From the NCBI GenBank assembly GCA_030697165.1, contig JAUYQQ010000015.1, positions 292,645 to 356,644 of the forward strand: a stretch of 64,000 bases of DNA, in the 5' to 3' direction. The position numbers and the translations under genes are program-made. Under the pieces are notes generated by a model. That model was not told the origin of the DNA, searched no databases, and was given only the letters and a program-made list of their open reading frames with translations. Shown here piece after piece: positions 16,843 to 25,676 of the stretch. This DNA is from Acidobacteriota bacterium. Its GTDB lineage: Bacteria > Acidobacteriota > Vicinamibacteria > Vicinamibacterales > UBA2999. The first letter of the stretch is position 1, and each line of letters begins with the position of its first letter.

Positions 16843-18267
16843 GTGCAGCGCGCGCTGCTCGTCCTGCTGGTCGCCGCCTCCTACCTGCTGTTTGCCGGCG
16901 CGCCGTCGTGGACGACGGCGCCGCTGCTCGGCCTGGCGGTGCTGGCGGCGGCGGTCGCTCCGCGCCGCACCCTGAACTTCCCGCCCGAATGGCGGGCGCT
17001 TGACCTCGCGCTGGTCGCCATCGTCGCGGCCATCCTGCTGCAGACCGTGCCGCTGCCGCCGGCGCTCGTCACCACCCTGTCGCCCGAAGCCGGCCGCGTG
17101 CGCGCGGCGCTGACGTTTGCGACCTTGGAGACCACCGGGTGGGCGGCGTTGTCGATCGATCCAGGAGCCACGCGCCACAGTGCCGCCACGGTGACACTGG
17201 GCATCCTCACCTTCTGGGTCGCGCGCGCGCTGTTCGGGGCCGGCGGCAACACTCGTTCGTTCTGCCGCATGCTGGCCGTGCTCGGCGCGGTGGTCGCGAT
17301 CGCCGCCGTCGTGCAGAAGGCGATCGCGCCGCGTTTGCTGTTGTTCGTGATGACGCCGGAAGCGCGCAGCGCAAGCCCGTTCGGCGCCTTCACCAATCGC
17401 AATCACTTCGCGGCCTGGCTGCTCCTGGTCACGGCGCCGGTCTTCGGTTACCTGATCGCCCGCCTGCGAACCCACCCGACCTATCGGGCCCGCCACTGGC
17501 GGGAGGCACTCAGGCGATTCCTCGGTTCCGGCATCGTGCTGACCGCGGTCTCCGTGTTGACTACCGTGTTGGTGATGTTGGCGACACTCTCGCGATCGGC
17601 GGTGGCCGGCCTCGGTGCGGCCGCGCTCTGCGGCTGGTGGCTCGGACGGCCCCGGATGGGCATGGAACGGACCAGCCTGCCGACGATACTCGCCGGGGTT
17701 GGCGTCGTGCTGGTGGCGACGATGGCCTTCGTGGACATCGATGGTTGGGCCGTGCGCCTGCAACAGACGTGGAGTCGCGAGCCGCTGGCGTTCAGCCGCG
17801 TGACCATCTGGCGCGAGAGCCTGCCGATGGTGCGCGACTTCTGGCTGACCGGCACCGGGGCCGGAACCTTCTCCGACGCCATGTCTCAGTACCAGCAGAC
17901 CCAGATGTGGGTGGGCTCGATGGGACGCTGGGCGCACTTCAACAACGCTCACTCCACCTACATCCAGGTCGCAAGCGAGGGTGGGCTGCTCTTGGCCGTC
18001 CCTGCGCTGACGGCGCTGGGGCTGTTCGCGATGCTGGGCTACCGCGCGGTTCGATCCGATAAGGGAGAGATGTTCTGGATGCGCCTGGGCGCTGCCGCTG
18101 GGCTGGTCGGGCTGGCCGTGCAGGGCGTGTGGGAGGTGCCGCTGACCATGCCGGCCAATGCCGTGCTGTGCGGAGTGGTGGCCGGGCTGCTGGTATTCCG
18201 GCGCGACAGTTCGCAGCCCGCCGGCACGGCCGACGGCCCGAGGCCGGCAAGGTTGTCCGCCTCATGA
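16843..18267 (+). CDS. O-antigen ligase / Wzy_C family membrane protein
   Basis: 474 aa, GTG start, about 10-12 TM helices. A periplasmic loop carries HFNNAHSTYIQVASEGGLL, typical of Wzy_C/O-antigen ligase domains. Confidence 0.8.
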   Translation: MQRALLVLLVAASYLLFAGAPSWTTAPLLGLAVLAAAVAPRRTLNFPPEWRALDLALVAIVAAILLQTVPLPPALVTTLSPEAGRVRAALTFATLETTGWAALSIDPGATRHSAATVTLGILTFWVARALFGAGGNTRSFCRMLAVLGAVVAIAAVVQKAIAPRLLLFVMTPEARSASPFGAFTNRNHFAAWLLLVTAPVFGYLIARLRTHPTYRARHWREALRRFLGSGIVLTAVSVLTTVLVMLATLSRSAVAGLGAAALCGWWLGRPRMGMERTSLPTILAGVGVVLVATMAFVDIDGWAVRLQQTWSREPLAFSRVTIWRESLPMVRDFWLTGTGAGTFSDAMSQYQQTQMWVGSMGRWAHFNNAHSTYIQVASEGGLLLAVPALTALGLFAMLGYRAVRSDKGEMFWMRLGAAAGLVGLAVQGVWEVPLTMPANAVLCGVVAGLLVFRRDSSQPAGTADGPRPARLSAS

Positions 18268-20015
18268 TTATCGTCGGGCTGAACGCCTATCACGGCGATG
18301 TCGCCGTGGCCGTGCTGCGCGACGGCGAACTGGTAGCCGCGCTCGAGGAAGAGCGTTTCTGCCGGATCAAGCACGTCGCCGGCTTTCCGTCCCGCGCGAT
18401 TGCGCGGGGCCTGGCCATGGCCGGTGCGCGGCCGGACGAAGTCGATGTGTGGGCGGTCGCCCGCGGCCGGCGGGTGCACCTGGCGCGAAAGGCGTGGTTC
18501 GCCCTGACCCATCGCCCCGGCAAGGCGCTGCTCGAACAGTACCGCAACACCGCCGGCAAGAACACGGCGATTGCCGACGTCATCGCCGACACGTTCGGTT
18601 TGGATCGGGCGGCGGTCAACGCCCGCACGCGATACATCGAGCATCACCCGGCCCACCTCGCCAGCGCGTACCGCACGAGCGGCCTGGACGAAGCTGCGTG
18701 CTGCGCCATCGATGGGTTCGGCGACTTCGTGAGCGTCTCGACGGCGCATGGCCGCGGCGGCCGCCTCGACGTGCTCGACCGCGTGTACTTTCCGCACTCG
18801 CTGGGCCTGGTCTATCTCGCCATCACCCAGTACCTCGGCTTCAAGAAGTACGGCGATGAATACAAGGTGATGGGCCTGGCGCCGTACGGGACGCCGCGCC
18901 ACGCCGAGGCGATTCACCAACTGCTGCGACTCGGGCCCGGCGGCGGCTTTCGCCTGAACCTCGAGTATTTCCGGCACTGGACCGGCGAAGCCACCATGAC
19001 CTGGAACGCCGGTGAGCCCAACGTCCCGGATGTCTTCACCGACCGACTGATCGACCTGCTGGGTCCCAGCCGCAGACCCGACGAGCCGGTGACGAGCGCC
19101 CATGAAGACCTCGCGGCATCGGTGCAACGGGTGTTCGAAGACGCCGCCTTCCACGTGCTGCGCGGCGTGCACCAGAGGATCCCGGTCGATCACCTCTGCC
19201 TCGCCGGCGGTTGTGCCATGAACAGCGTGGCCAACGGCAAGATTCGCCAGAACACGCCGTTTCGCCACGTGTTCATCCAGCCCGCGGCCGGCGATAACGG
19301 CACCGCCCTTGGCGCGGCGCTCGAGGCGTGGCATCAAAGCGGCGTACGGGCACTCGGACCGCGTATGGAACATTCGTACTGGGGCACGTCCTACACCGAC
19401 GCCGAGATTGCCACGGTGATTGCCGAGAGCGGGGTCGTGGCGCAGGGCCGCTGCCAGCTGACCACCATCGCCACTGAGGCGGCGCTCTGCGACGCGACGG
19501 CCGCGCGCCTGGCCGCCGGCGACGTCGTCGGGTGGTACCAGGGGCGAATGGAGTGGGGGGCGCGCGCGCTTGGCAATCGCAGCATCCTGGCGGATCCACG
19601 CCGCCGCGACATGCGCGACATCATCAACCAGAAGATCAAGTTCCGCGAGCGCTTCCGGCCCTTCGCACCGTCGATTCTCGCCGAGGCGATCGACGAGTAC
19701 TTCGTTGATGCGGTGCACGACCCGTTCATGATCCAGGTGTATCCGGTCAGGCCCGAGAAACGGGACGTGATACCGGCGGTGACGCACGTCGACGGCTCCG
19801 GGCGGCTGCAGTCGGTGAGCCAGGTCAGCAACCCACGGTATTGGGCGCTGATCCGGGCCTTCCACGCGCAGACCGGGGTGCCGGTGCTGCTCAATACGTC
19901 GTTCAACGAAAACGAGCCGATCGTGGAACGGCCCGAACAGGCGCTGGACTGCTTCCTGCGCACCGACATGGACGTGCTCGTCATGGGCTCGCACATGCTC
20001 CGGAAGCCAAGCTGA
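18264..20015 (+). CDS. Carbamoyltransferase (NodU/CmcH family), copy 1
   Basis: Start trimmed to the ATG at 18264 (ATGA overlap with the upstream stop). MIIVGLNAYHGDVAVAVLRDGELVAALEEERFCRIKH and the C-terminal ...LLNTSFNENEPIV are hallmark NodU/CmcH segments. Confidence 0.9.
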   Translation: MIIVGLNAYHGDVAVAVLRDGELVAALEEERFCRIKHVAGFPSRAIARGLAMAGARPDEVDVWAVARGRRVHLARKAWFALTHRPGKALLEQYRNTAGKNTAIADVIADTFGLDRAAVNARTRYIEHHPAHLASAYRTSGLDEAACCAIDGFGDFVSVSTAHGRGGRLDVLDRVYFPHSLGLVYLAITQYLGFKKYGDEYKVMGLAPYGTPRHAEAIHQLLRLGPGGGFRLNLEYFRHWTGEATMTWNAGEPNVPDVFTDRLIDLLGPSRRPDEPVTSAHEDLAASVQRVFEDAAFHVLRGVHQRIPVDHLCLAGGCAMNSVANGKIRQNTPFRHVFIQPAAGDNGTALGAALEAWHQSGVRALGPRMEHSYWGTSYTDAEIATVIAESGVVAQGRCQLTTIATEAALCDATAARLAAGDVVGWYQGRMEWGARALGNRSILADPRRRDMRDIINQKIKFRERFRPFAPSILAEAIDEYFVDAVHDPFMIQVYPVRPEKRDVIPAVTHVDGSGRLQSVSQVSNPRYWALIRAFHAQTGVPVLLNTSFNENEPIVERPEQALDCFLRTDMDVLVMGSHMLRKPS

Positions 20016-21253
20016 TGCCGGCGCCGGAGGGCGCGCCCGTGCGCGTCTGTTACTTCAATCGGTCGTATTGGCCCGACACCGGCGCCACCGGCCAGTTGCT
20101 CACGGAACTGGCGGAAGACCTCGCCTCGCAACATGGCATCGAGGTCACCGTCATTACGGGATATCCACTCAATGATGTGGCGTCCGGCTTCAGCCGGACC
20201 ATCGCCCGCACGGAGACCCGCAATGGCGTTCACATCGTGCGCGCCGCGGGCACCACGTTCGCGCAGCGCCGCTTCGCCGGCCGCGCGGCCAACTACCTCA
20301 CCTACTTCATCTCGGCGTTGTGGGCGGCCGTGCGACTGCCCCGCCAGGACGTGACCGTGGCGCTGACCGACCCGCCCATCATTGGGCTGGCCGCGCTCGC
20401 CGCCCGGCCGCGCCACGGCATGGTGTTCTTCTGCCAGGACATCTTTCCCGAAGTCGCCGGCCTCCTCGAAGACTTCCATAGCCCGCTGGTGAACGGGCTG
20501 CTCGATCGTCTGAACCGCTTCCTGGTCGACCGCGCCCGGCGCATCGTCGCGCTGGGCGACACCATGGCGCGGCGCCTGGTCGACGGCAAGGGCGCGGCGC
20601 CCTCGAAGATCACCGTGATTCACAACTGGGCAGATACGACGGCGATCGTGCCGGACGGAAAGCAGAATCCGTTTGCCGCCGCCCACGATCTGGCCGGCCG
20701 CTTCGTGGTGCTGCATGCCGGCAACATCGGCCATTCGCAAAACCTCGACGCCGTGATCGACGCCGCGGCACGCCTGGCGGCGCGTCCCGAGATCCTGATG
20801 CTGTTCATCGGCGACGGCAACCGAAAGCCGGCGCTGCAGGAGGCGGTTCGGGCGCGCGGCTTGGACAACGTGCGCTTTCTGCCCTTCCAGCCACGCGAGC
20901 ACCTGCGCTGGACCTATGCGACGAGTGACGTCTGCCTGGTGTCGTTGAAGCCCGGCCTGGCCGGTTACATCGTGCCGAGCAAGCTCTACCCGATTCTGGC
21001 CGCGGGCCGGCCGTACGTGGCGGCCGTCGAGGCGTCGAGCGAAGTGGCGGCGCTGACAGCGACCCATGGCAGCGGGGTCGTCACCGCGCCGGGCGATTCA
21101 GCGGCCCTGGCGGCGGCCATCGTCGCGCTGGCCGACGATCCAGAGCGCCGGCTGGCCATGGGCGCGCGCGCCAGGGACGCGGCGGCTCTGTTCGCGCGGG
21201 ACCGCCAGGTGTCGGCCCATGCCCAGGTGCTGCGCGAGGTCGCCGGCCGATGA
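20015..21253 (+). CDS. Glycosyltransferase family 4 (WcaI-like)
   Basis: Start at the ATG at 20015 (TGATG overlap). RVCYFNRSYWPDTGATGQLLTELAEDL is a WcaI-type N-terminus, and the C-terminal half is GT-B. Confidence 0.85.
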   Translation: MPAPEGAPVRVCYFNRSYWPDTGATGQLLTELAEDLASQHGIEVTVITGYPLNDVASGFSRTIARTETRNGVHIVRAAGTTFAQRRFAGRAANYLTYFISALWAAVRLPRQDVTVALTDPPIIGLAALAARPRHGMVFFCQDIFPEVAGLLEDFHSPLVNGLLDRLNRFLVDRARRIVALGDTMARRLVDGKGAAPSKITVIHNWADTTAIVPDGKQNPFAAAHDLAGRFVVLHAGNIGHSQNLDAVIDAAARLAARPEILMLFIGDGNRKPALQEAVRARGLDNVRFLPFQPREHLRWTYATSDVCLVSLKPGLAGYIVPSKLYPILAAGRPYVAAVEASSEVAALTATHGSGVVTAPGDSAALAAAIVALADDPERRLAMGARARDAAALFARDRQVSAHAQVLREVAGR

Positions 21254-21855
21254 TCAAGCGTGGGTTTGACCTGCTCGTGTCCGGGGCCGGGCTGGTCGTC
21301 TTCTCACCGATCGCGCTGCTGATTACGATTGCGATCAAGCTCGAAGACCGGGGACCCGTGCTGTTCACCCAGGAACGGGTCGGCCGCCATGGCCGCGTGT
21401 TTCTGGCGTACAAGTTCCGCTCGATGATCGTCGATGCCGAGAAACACACCGGTGCCGTCCAGGCCACCGAGAACGATCCGCGGGTCACCCGGGTCGGCCG
21501 GGTGCTGCGGGCCACGGCGTTCGACGAACTGCCGCAGTTGCTGAACATCTTCAAGGGCGACATGAGCGTGGTGGGGCCGCGGCCGTTGCGGCCGGGCGAG
21601 GCCGACACGACCGCCGACGGGCGCCATGTGCCGCTCAGCGCCATCCGCGGCTACGAAGCGCGGCACCGGGTGCGGCCCGGGCTCACCGGACTGGCACAGG
21701 TCTACGCCGCCCGCGACCTGCCGCGCCCGGGCAAGTTCCGCTACGATCTGCTGTACCAGCGGCGCGCGACCTTCTGCCTCGATCTGCGCTTGATCCTGCT
21801 CTCGTTCTGGATCACGCTGCGCGGCCGGTGGGAAGATCGCGCACCGAAGGTTTGA
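21250..21855 (+). CDS. Initiating sugar transferase (polyprenyl-phosphate hexose/HexNAc-1-phosphate transferase, Bac_transf family)
   Basis: 201 aa with KRGFDLLVSGAGLVVFSPIALLI, KFRSM, DELPQLLNIFKGDMSVVGPRP and a single N-terminal TM helix. The ATG overlaps the upstream stop. Confidence 0.9.
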   Translation: MIKRGFDLLVSGAGLVVFSPIALLITIAIKLEDRGPVLFTQERVGRHGRVFLAYKFRSMIVDAEKHTGAVQATENDPRVTRVGRVLRATAFDELPQLLNIFKGDMSVVGPRPLRPGEADTTADGRHVPLSAIRGYEARHRVRPGLTGLAQVYAARDLPRPGKFRYDLLYQRRATFCLDLRLILLSFWITLRGRWEDRAPKV

Positions 21856-21879
21856 CGACGGCCGCAGCAACCGGCCCTG

Positions 21880-21885
21880 TATAAT
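21880..21885 (+). promoter_or_regulatory. TATAAT box 10 nt upstream of the GGR-like gene start (possible internal promoter, near-leaderless transcript)
   Basis: cctgTATAATctgacgttaaATG within the 40-nt gap 21856-21895. No convincing -35 element. Pattern match only. Confidence 0.2.
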
Positions 21886-21895
21886 CTGACGTTAA

Positions 21896-23062
21896 ATGCT
21901 CGATGTCGTGATCATTGGCGGCGGTCCTGGTGGCCTGTCGGTTGCCCGCTGCCTCGCCGCCCTCGGACGGTCGGTCACCGTCCTCGAAGAGCACGACACC
22001 ATCGGCACGCCGGTGCACTGCACGGGCGTGCTGGCGGCCGACGCGATCGACGCGCTAGGCTTGCCGGCCGAGTCGGTGCTTAATCCCCTCGCCACCGTCA
22101 AGTTCGTCGCGCCGTCGGGGCACTCGTTTGAATACACGACCGCCACCACCGAAGCCGTCGTCATCGATCGCGCGATGTTTGACGCCGCCATGGCCGGCCG
22201 GGCCGAGTTGGCCGGGGCCATCGTCTTGCGCGGACGCCGCGTGACGGCCATCGATCCGGCGGCCGACGCCGTGCGGATCACCCTGGCTGACGGCGAGACC
22301 GTGACCGCCCGCACCGCGGTCCTGGCCTGCGGCGCCAACTACACGTTCCAGCGCCGGCTGGGCTTCGGCATGCCTTCCACCTTCCTTCAATCGGCCCAGC
22401 TCGAGCTGCCGGCCGATCGCCCGGGCGACGTCGAGATGCACTTCGGATCGGAGATCGCACCCAAGGGATTTGCGTGGGCGGTGCCGGTCAAGCGGTCCTA
22501 CGGCACGTTCGCCCGCATCGGCGTGATGGCCGACGGCGACGCCAGTGAATATTTCTCGCGGATGCTCGCGCGGGTGCGCGAGCGCTGGTCGGTGGCGGTG
22601 CCCGACACGCTCAGCCCGCGCCGGCGCATGCTGCCGCTCGGCGGCGTGCGGCGCAGCTATGGCGATCGGGTGTTGGCGGTGGGCGACGCGGCGGGACTGG
22701 TGAAGCCGACGACGGGTGGCGGGATTTACTACAGTGTCATCAGCGGCGAGATTGCCGCCGAGGTGCTGCACGTCGCCCTGGCGGGCAACGACTTGTCGGC
22801 GGCGGCGTTGCGCGATTACGAACGGCGCTGGCGCGCGCGCTTCCAGTCGGAGTTCAAGGCGCAGCTGGCCCTACGTTTTGTCGCGCAGCGCATGCGCGAC
22901 ACCGATATCGACGCGCTTTTCGACCTGGCCAAGACCGACGGGATCCTGCCGCTGGTGCGAAAGACGGCTCGGTTCAACCAGCACCGCGACTTCATTCTCG
23001 CGCTGCTGCGGCACCAGCCAGCCCGCCGCGCGCTGTTCGGCCGGCTCGCCAGTTCGGCCTAG
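21896..23062 (+). CDS. Geranylgeranyl reductase family FAD-dependent oxidoreductase
   Basis: 388 aa. It has an FAD dinucleotide fold (DVVIIGGGPGGLS), a conserved Cys segment (PVHCTGVL) and GDAAGLVKPTTGGGIYY, typical of GGR/BchP-type reductases. Confidence 0.8.
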   Translation: MLDVVIIGGGPGGLSVARCLAALGRSVTVLEEHDTIGTPVHCTGVLAADAIDALGLPAESVLNPLATVKFVAPSGHSFEYTTATTEAVVIDRAMFDAAMAGRAELAGAIVLRGRRVTAIDPAADAVRITLADGETVTARTAVLACGANYTFQRRLGFGMPSTFLQSAQLELPADRPGDVEMHFGSEIAPKGFAWAVPVKRSYGTFARIGVMADGDASEYFSRMLARVRERWSVAVPDTLSPRRRMLPLGGVRRSYGDRVLAVGDAAGLVKPTTGGGIYYSVISGEIAAEVLHVALAGNDLSAAALRDYERRWRARFQSEFKAQLALRFVAQRMRDTDIDALFDLAKTDGILPLVRKTARFNQHRDFILALLRHQPARRALFGRLASSA

Positions 23063-23853
23063 CTGTCCCGACTGGTGGCGTGACCACCTGCCAGCATTCG
23101 GTCGAGCAGGTACAGCGACAGGATGGCTTCGGCCGTGGCGCGTTGCAGGGCGTACGACAGCCCGGGCCAACCATCGAGCAGACCACCCCGCACGAGGTAG
23201 CAATAGACAAACATCGCCGGCGGGGCGATCACGATCAGGCGGCGCAGTCGGTCCAGCCAACCGAGCGACGCGACCGGTGCCGCGCCAAGCTTCTCCGCTT
23301 CCAGTCGCATATAGCGGGCTTGTGCGGCCAGCCAGTCGACCAGTGGCTTGCGGTCGTCATGGGCGATCGACGCTCGTAGCGAGGTGATCCGCCCCTGGAC
23401 CTGAATCCGTTGCGTGTGGCCGTCCTGCGCGTAGCGCGCGCCCGCCCGCCGGAACAGGACCACGACAGGAGGATAGGCCGCACCTCGCAGTGGCGTGCCG
23501 TGGATGCAATAAGTGAACGACGCCAGATAGCCTGCCGTGTCGGCCCCGGGCAAGAGCGAGGCGATTTCCGCGACCAGATCCTGCGACAAGACAAAGTCGG
23601 CGTCGAGGGCCAGCACCCACTCGGTAGAGATGCCCGTGGACTCGAGCCCGAAGTTCCACTGCTCGGCATGTGTCGTGAACCGCCGCTCGAACACGCGCAC
23701 GCCGGGATACTGCGCCAGGATCTCCCGGGTCGCGTCGGTGCTGCCGCTATCGACGACGACGATCTCGGTGGCCCACGACAGCCGCGCCAGCGTGCGGGCA
23801 AGGTTGGGCGCCTCGTTGAACGTAAGCAGGAGCGGGGTGATGCGGGCCTGCAC
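23059..23853 (-). CDS. Glycosyltransferase family 2
   Basis: 264 aa, GTG start. The N-terminus is GT-A (LLLTFNEAPNLARTL...VVVDSGSTDAT) with a DAD motif. Its stop overlaps the convergent GGR stop (CTAG). Confidence 0.8.
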   Translation of the reverse strand: MQARITPLLLTFNEAPNLARTLARLSWATEIVVVDSGSTDATREILAQYPGVRVFERRFTTHAEQWNFGLESTGISTEWVLALDADFVLSQDLVAEIASLLPGADTAGYLASFTYCIHGTPLRGAAYPPVVVLFRRAGARYAQDGHTQRIQVQGRITSLRASIAHDDRKPLVDWLAAQARYMRLEAEKLGAAPVASLGWLDRLRRLIVIAPPAMFVYCYLVRGGLLDGWPGLSYALQRATAEAILSLYLLDRMLAGGHATSRDS

Positions 23854-24522
23854 TCACTCAACCTTGCGGGCAACACAGATCATGTTCTTCCAGAACCATG
23901 GCGCACGCCCGTAGAAGTGAAATCGGATATCCGAGAAGCCCGCGTTGCCGACAAGTTGGGACAATGTCTCGACGCTGAAGAACTTTATGTGCCCGCCTTG
24001 CCAGTGGACGCCGTGATGCTCGTCCCATTTACCGAGCACGCTGATGGCCAGGTTCTTCCAGTAGCCATGATACGGAGTCCCAACGATCAGCCGTCCCCCT
24101 GGACGGAGCAAGCGGGCCGCGGTTTCAATGAGGTCGGCAGGCCGGTACAAGTGCTCGATCACGTCGCTGGAGATCACCAGGTCAAACGCTGCCTCGTCCT
24201 CGTGCGCGAGGTCGGCGTCAGCGCCGAAGACCGCTCGTCGGAACGTGACGTTATCGCTCGCATAGTACTGTCGTGCCGCCTCCAGGTAAGGAACCGACGC
24301 ATCCAGCCCCACTACGCGATGTCCGAGTGCCCCAAGCCTGCCGGCCAGGTATCCGTTGCCACACCCCAGGTCGCAGATCGACCGCACGTCAGGCTGCTGG
24401 CGAACGAGGGTCACTAGTAATTCGGCCAGCTCTAACCCGATGCGGCCATTGAGGGGCCCCGGCTGCGCCTCGCCCCAGTCATCCGGGTTGACACTCCGCG
24501 ATTCGACGGTGCCGTTGCTCAA
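23854..24522 (-). CDS. Class I SAM-dependent methyltransferase
   Basis: SAM motif ICDLGCGNGYLAGRL...VVGLDAS. The ORF track runs to 24753, but that part overlaps the upstream GT gene. A TTG at 24522 (TTGA overlap) is the proposed start, and this is uncertain. Confidence 0.7.
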   Translation of the reverse strand: MSNGTVESRSVNPDDWGEAQPGPLNGRIGLELAELLVTLVRQQPDVRSICDLGCGNGYLAGRLGALGHRVVGLDASVPYLEAARQYYASDNVTFRRAVFGADADLAHEDEAAFDLVISSDVIEHLYRPADLIETAARLLRPGGRLIVGTPYHGYWKNLAISVLGKWDEHHGVHWQGGHIKFFSVETLSQLVGNAGFSDIRFHFYGRAPWFWKNMICVARKVE

Positions 24523-25676
24523 GCCACAATCTCCTGATAGACCCGCTCCATGCGCTCGGCGACTGCGGCCCACCCGTAGTGTTGGGCCGTCGCACGGCCT
24601 CGCTCCCCCATCGTCCGTCGCAGCTGCGAATCGGCGACCAGCGCCGAAAGGCCCGCGCCAAGTGTCTTCGGCGCGCCGTCGATCACCCACCCGGCTCCGG
24701 AGTCGCGGACGAGGTCGGCAATTCCTACTTCGGGCGTGACGACGACCGGGCAAGCGGCCGCCATCGCCTCGAGCACGACGTTGCCGAAATTCTCGGAGTA
24801 GGACGGAAGGACCAGCGCCTGCGCGCAGTTAAGCAGCGCGGCCTTGCCTGCGCCGGGCACCGGTCCGCAAAACACGAGACGGCCGCCCACACCGGCTGCG
24901 GCAGCCCGCGCCTCCAGCGTGGTCCGGTAGCCTTCCTCATCGGGGCCCGCAATCACGAGCCGAACCCCCGGCACGTGCGGGAGAGCCGCAATCAGGCGGT
25001 CCAAGCCTTTCTTCCAGCTGATCCGCCCAATGAACAGGAGAAAAGGCGGGCCCTCGCAGAGGGCCGCGACCGCGGGTGAGAGGCCCACTGATGCCACCGG
25101 CGTGGGGACCAGATCCACGCCATTCGGCACCTCGTAGAGGGGCGGAAGAGCAAATCCGAAGGCCGCCGCTTCGGCCCGCTCGCGGGCGCTTGTCACATGA
25201 ATGGCGGCCGCCTGCTCCAGAGTCCGCCGTCCGACGGCGGCGATCAGAAGCGTCTTCGTCACACGGCTCTTTTTCTTGATCAGCGCTTTCTCCAGCATGC
25301 CCCTCGGAGCCACCACATATGGCACACCGGCGCGTCGCGCAGCCTTCGCCGCAGCCCACACCGGCCACACGAACAAGGCGTGCAAGTGGGCGATGTCAAA
25401 CGTTCCGATTTGGCCGGCGAGGGCGCCCGCCATCCGCGGCGACCAGTACAGCCGACGCAGGACTTTCGAAGGGAAATACCAGACCTGCACGCCGTCGAGC
25501 TCGACCGGCCTTAGCAGCGGCACGTCGGAATCGACGGCGCCATCGACGCTGGTCGTGAAGACGTGCACGTCGTGCCCGCGCGCGGCCAGCGCCCGGCAGA
25601 GCCCGTGCACCGACACGATGGTGCCGCCATAGCGGACCGCCGGCAGGTACGACGCCGCGACGTGCAGGATCCTCAC
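24519..25676 (-). CDS. Glycosyltransferase family 4
   Basis: Start trimmed to the GTG at 25676 (GTGA overlap): VRILHVAASYLPAVRYGGTIVSVHGLCRALAARGHDVHVFT. C-terminal motif LVLPSYSENFGNVVLEAMAAACPVV. Confidence 0.85.
   Translation of the reverse strand: MRILHVAASYLPAVRYGGTIVSVHGLCRALAARGHDVHVFTTSVDGAVDSDVPLLRPVELDGVQVWYFPSKVLRRLYWSPRMAGALAGQIGTFDIAHLHALFVWPVWAAAKAARRAGVPYVVAPRGMLEKALIKKKSRVTKTLLIAAVGRRTLEQAAAIHVTSARERAEAAAFGFALPPLYEVPNGVDLVPTPVASVGLSPAVAALCEGPPFLLFIGRISWKKGLDRLIAALPHVPGVRLVIAGPDEEGYRTTLEARAAAAGVGGRLVFCGPVPGAGKAALLNCAQALVLPSYSENFGNVVLEAMAAACPVVVTPEVGIADLVRDSGAGWVIDGAPKTLGAGLSALVADSQLRRTMGERGRATAQHYGWAAVAERMERVYQEIVA

Noticed and set aside
16513-17952. 479-aa minus-strand ORF, extremely rich in R/H/G/Q/D, antisense to wzc and the O-antigen-ligase gene.
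   Set aside because: Composition reflects the reverse complement of a membrane-protein gene (Ala/Leu/Val codons). There is no domain signature, and it overlaps two well-supported genes.
18039-21067. Long minus-strand ORFs (18039..19994, 651 aa; 19391..21067, 558 aa) opposite carbamoyltransferase copy 1 and the GT4 gene.
   Set aside because: Antisense shadows. The sense-strand products carry unmistakable NodU/CmcH and GT4 motifs.
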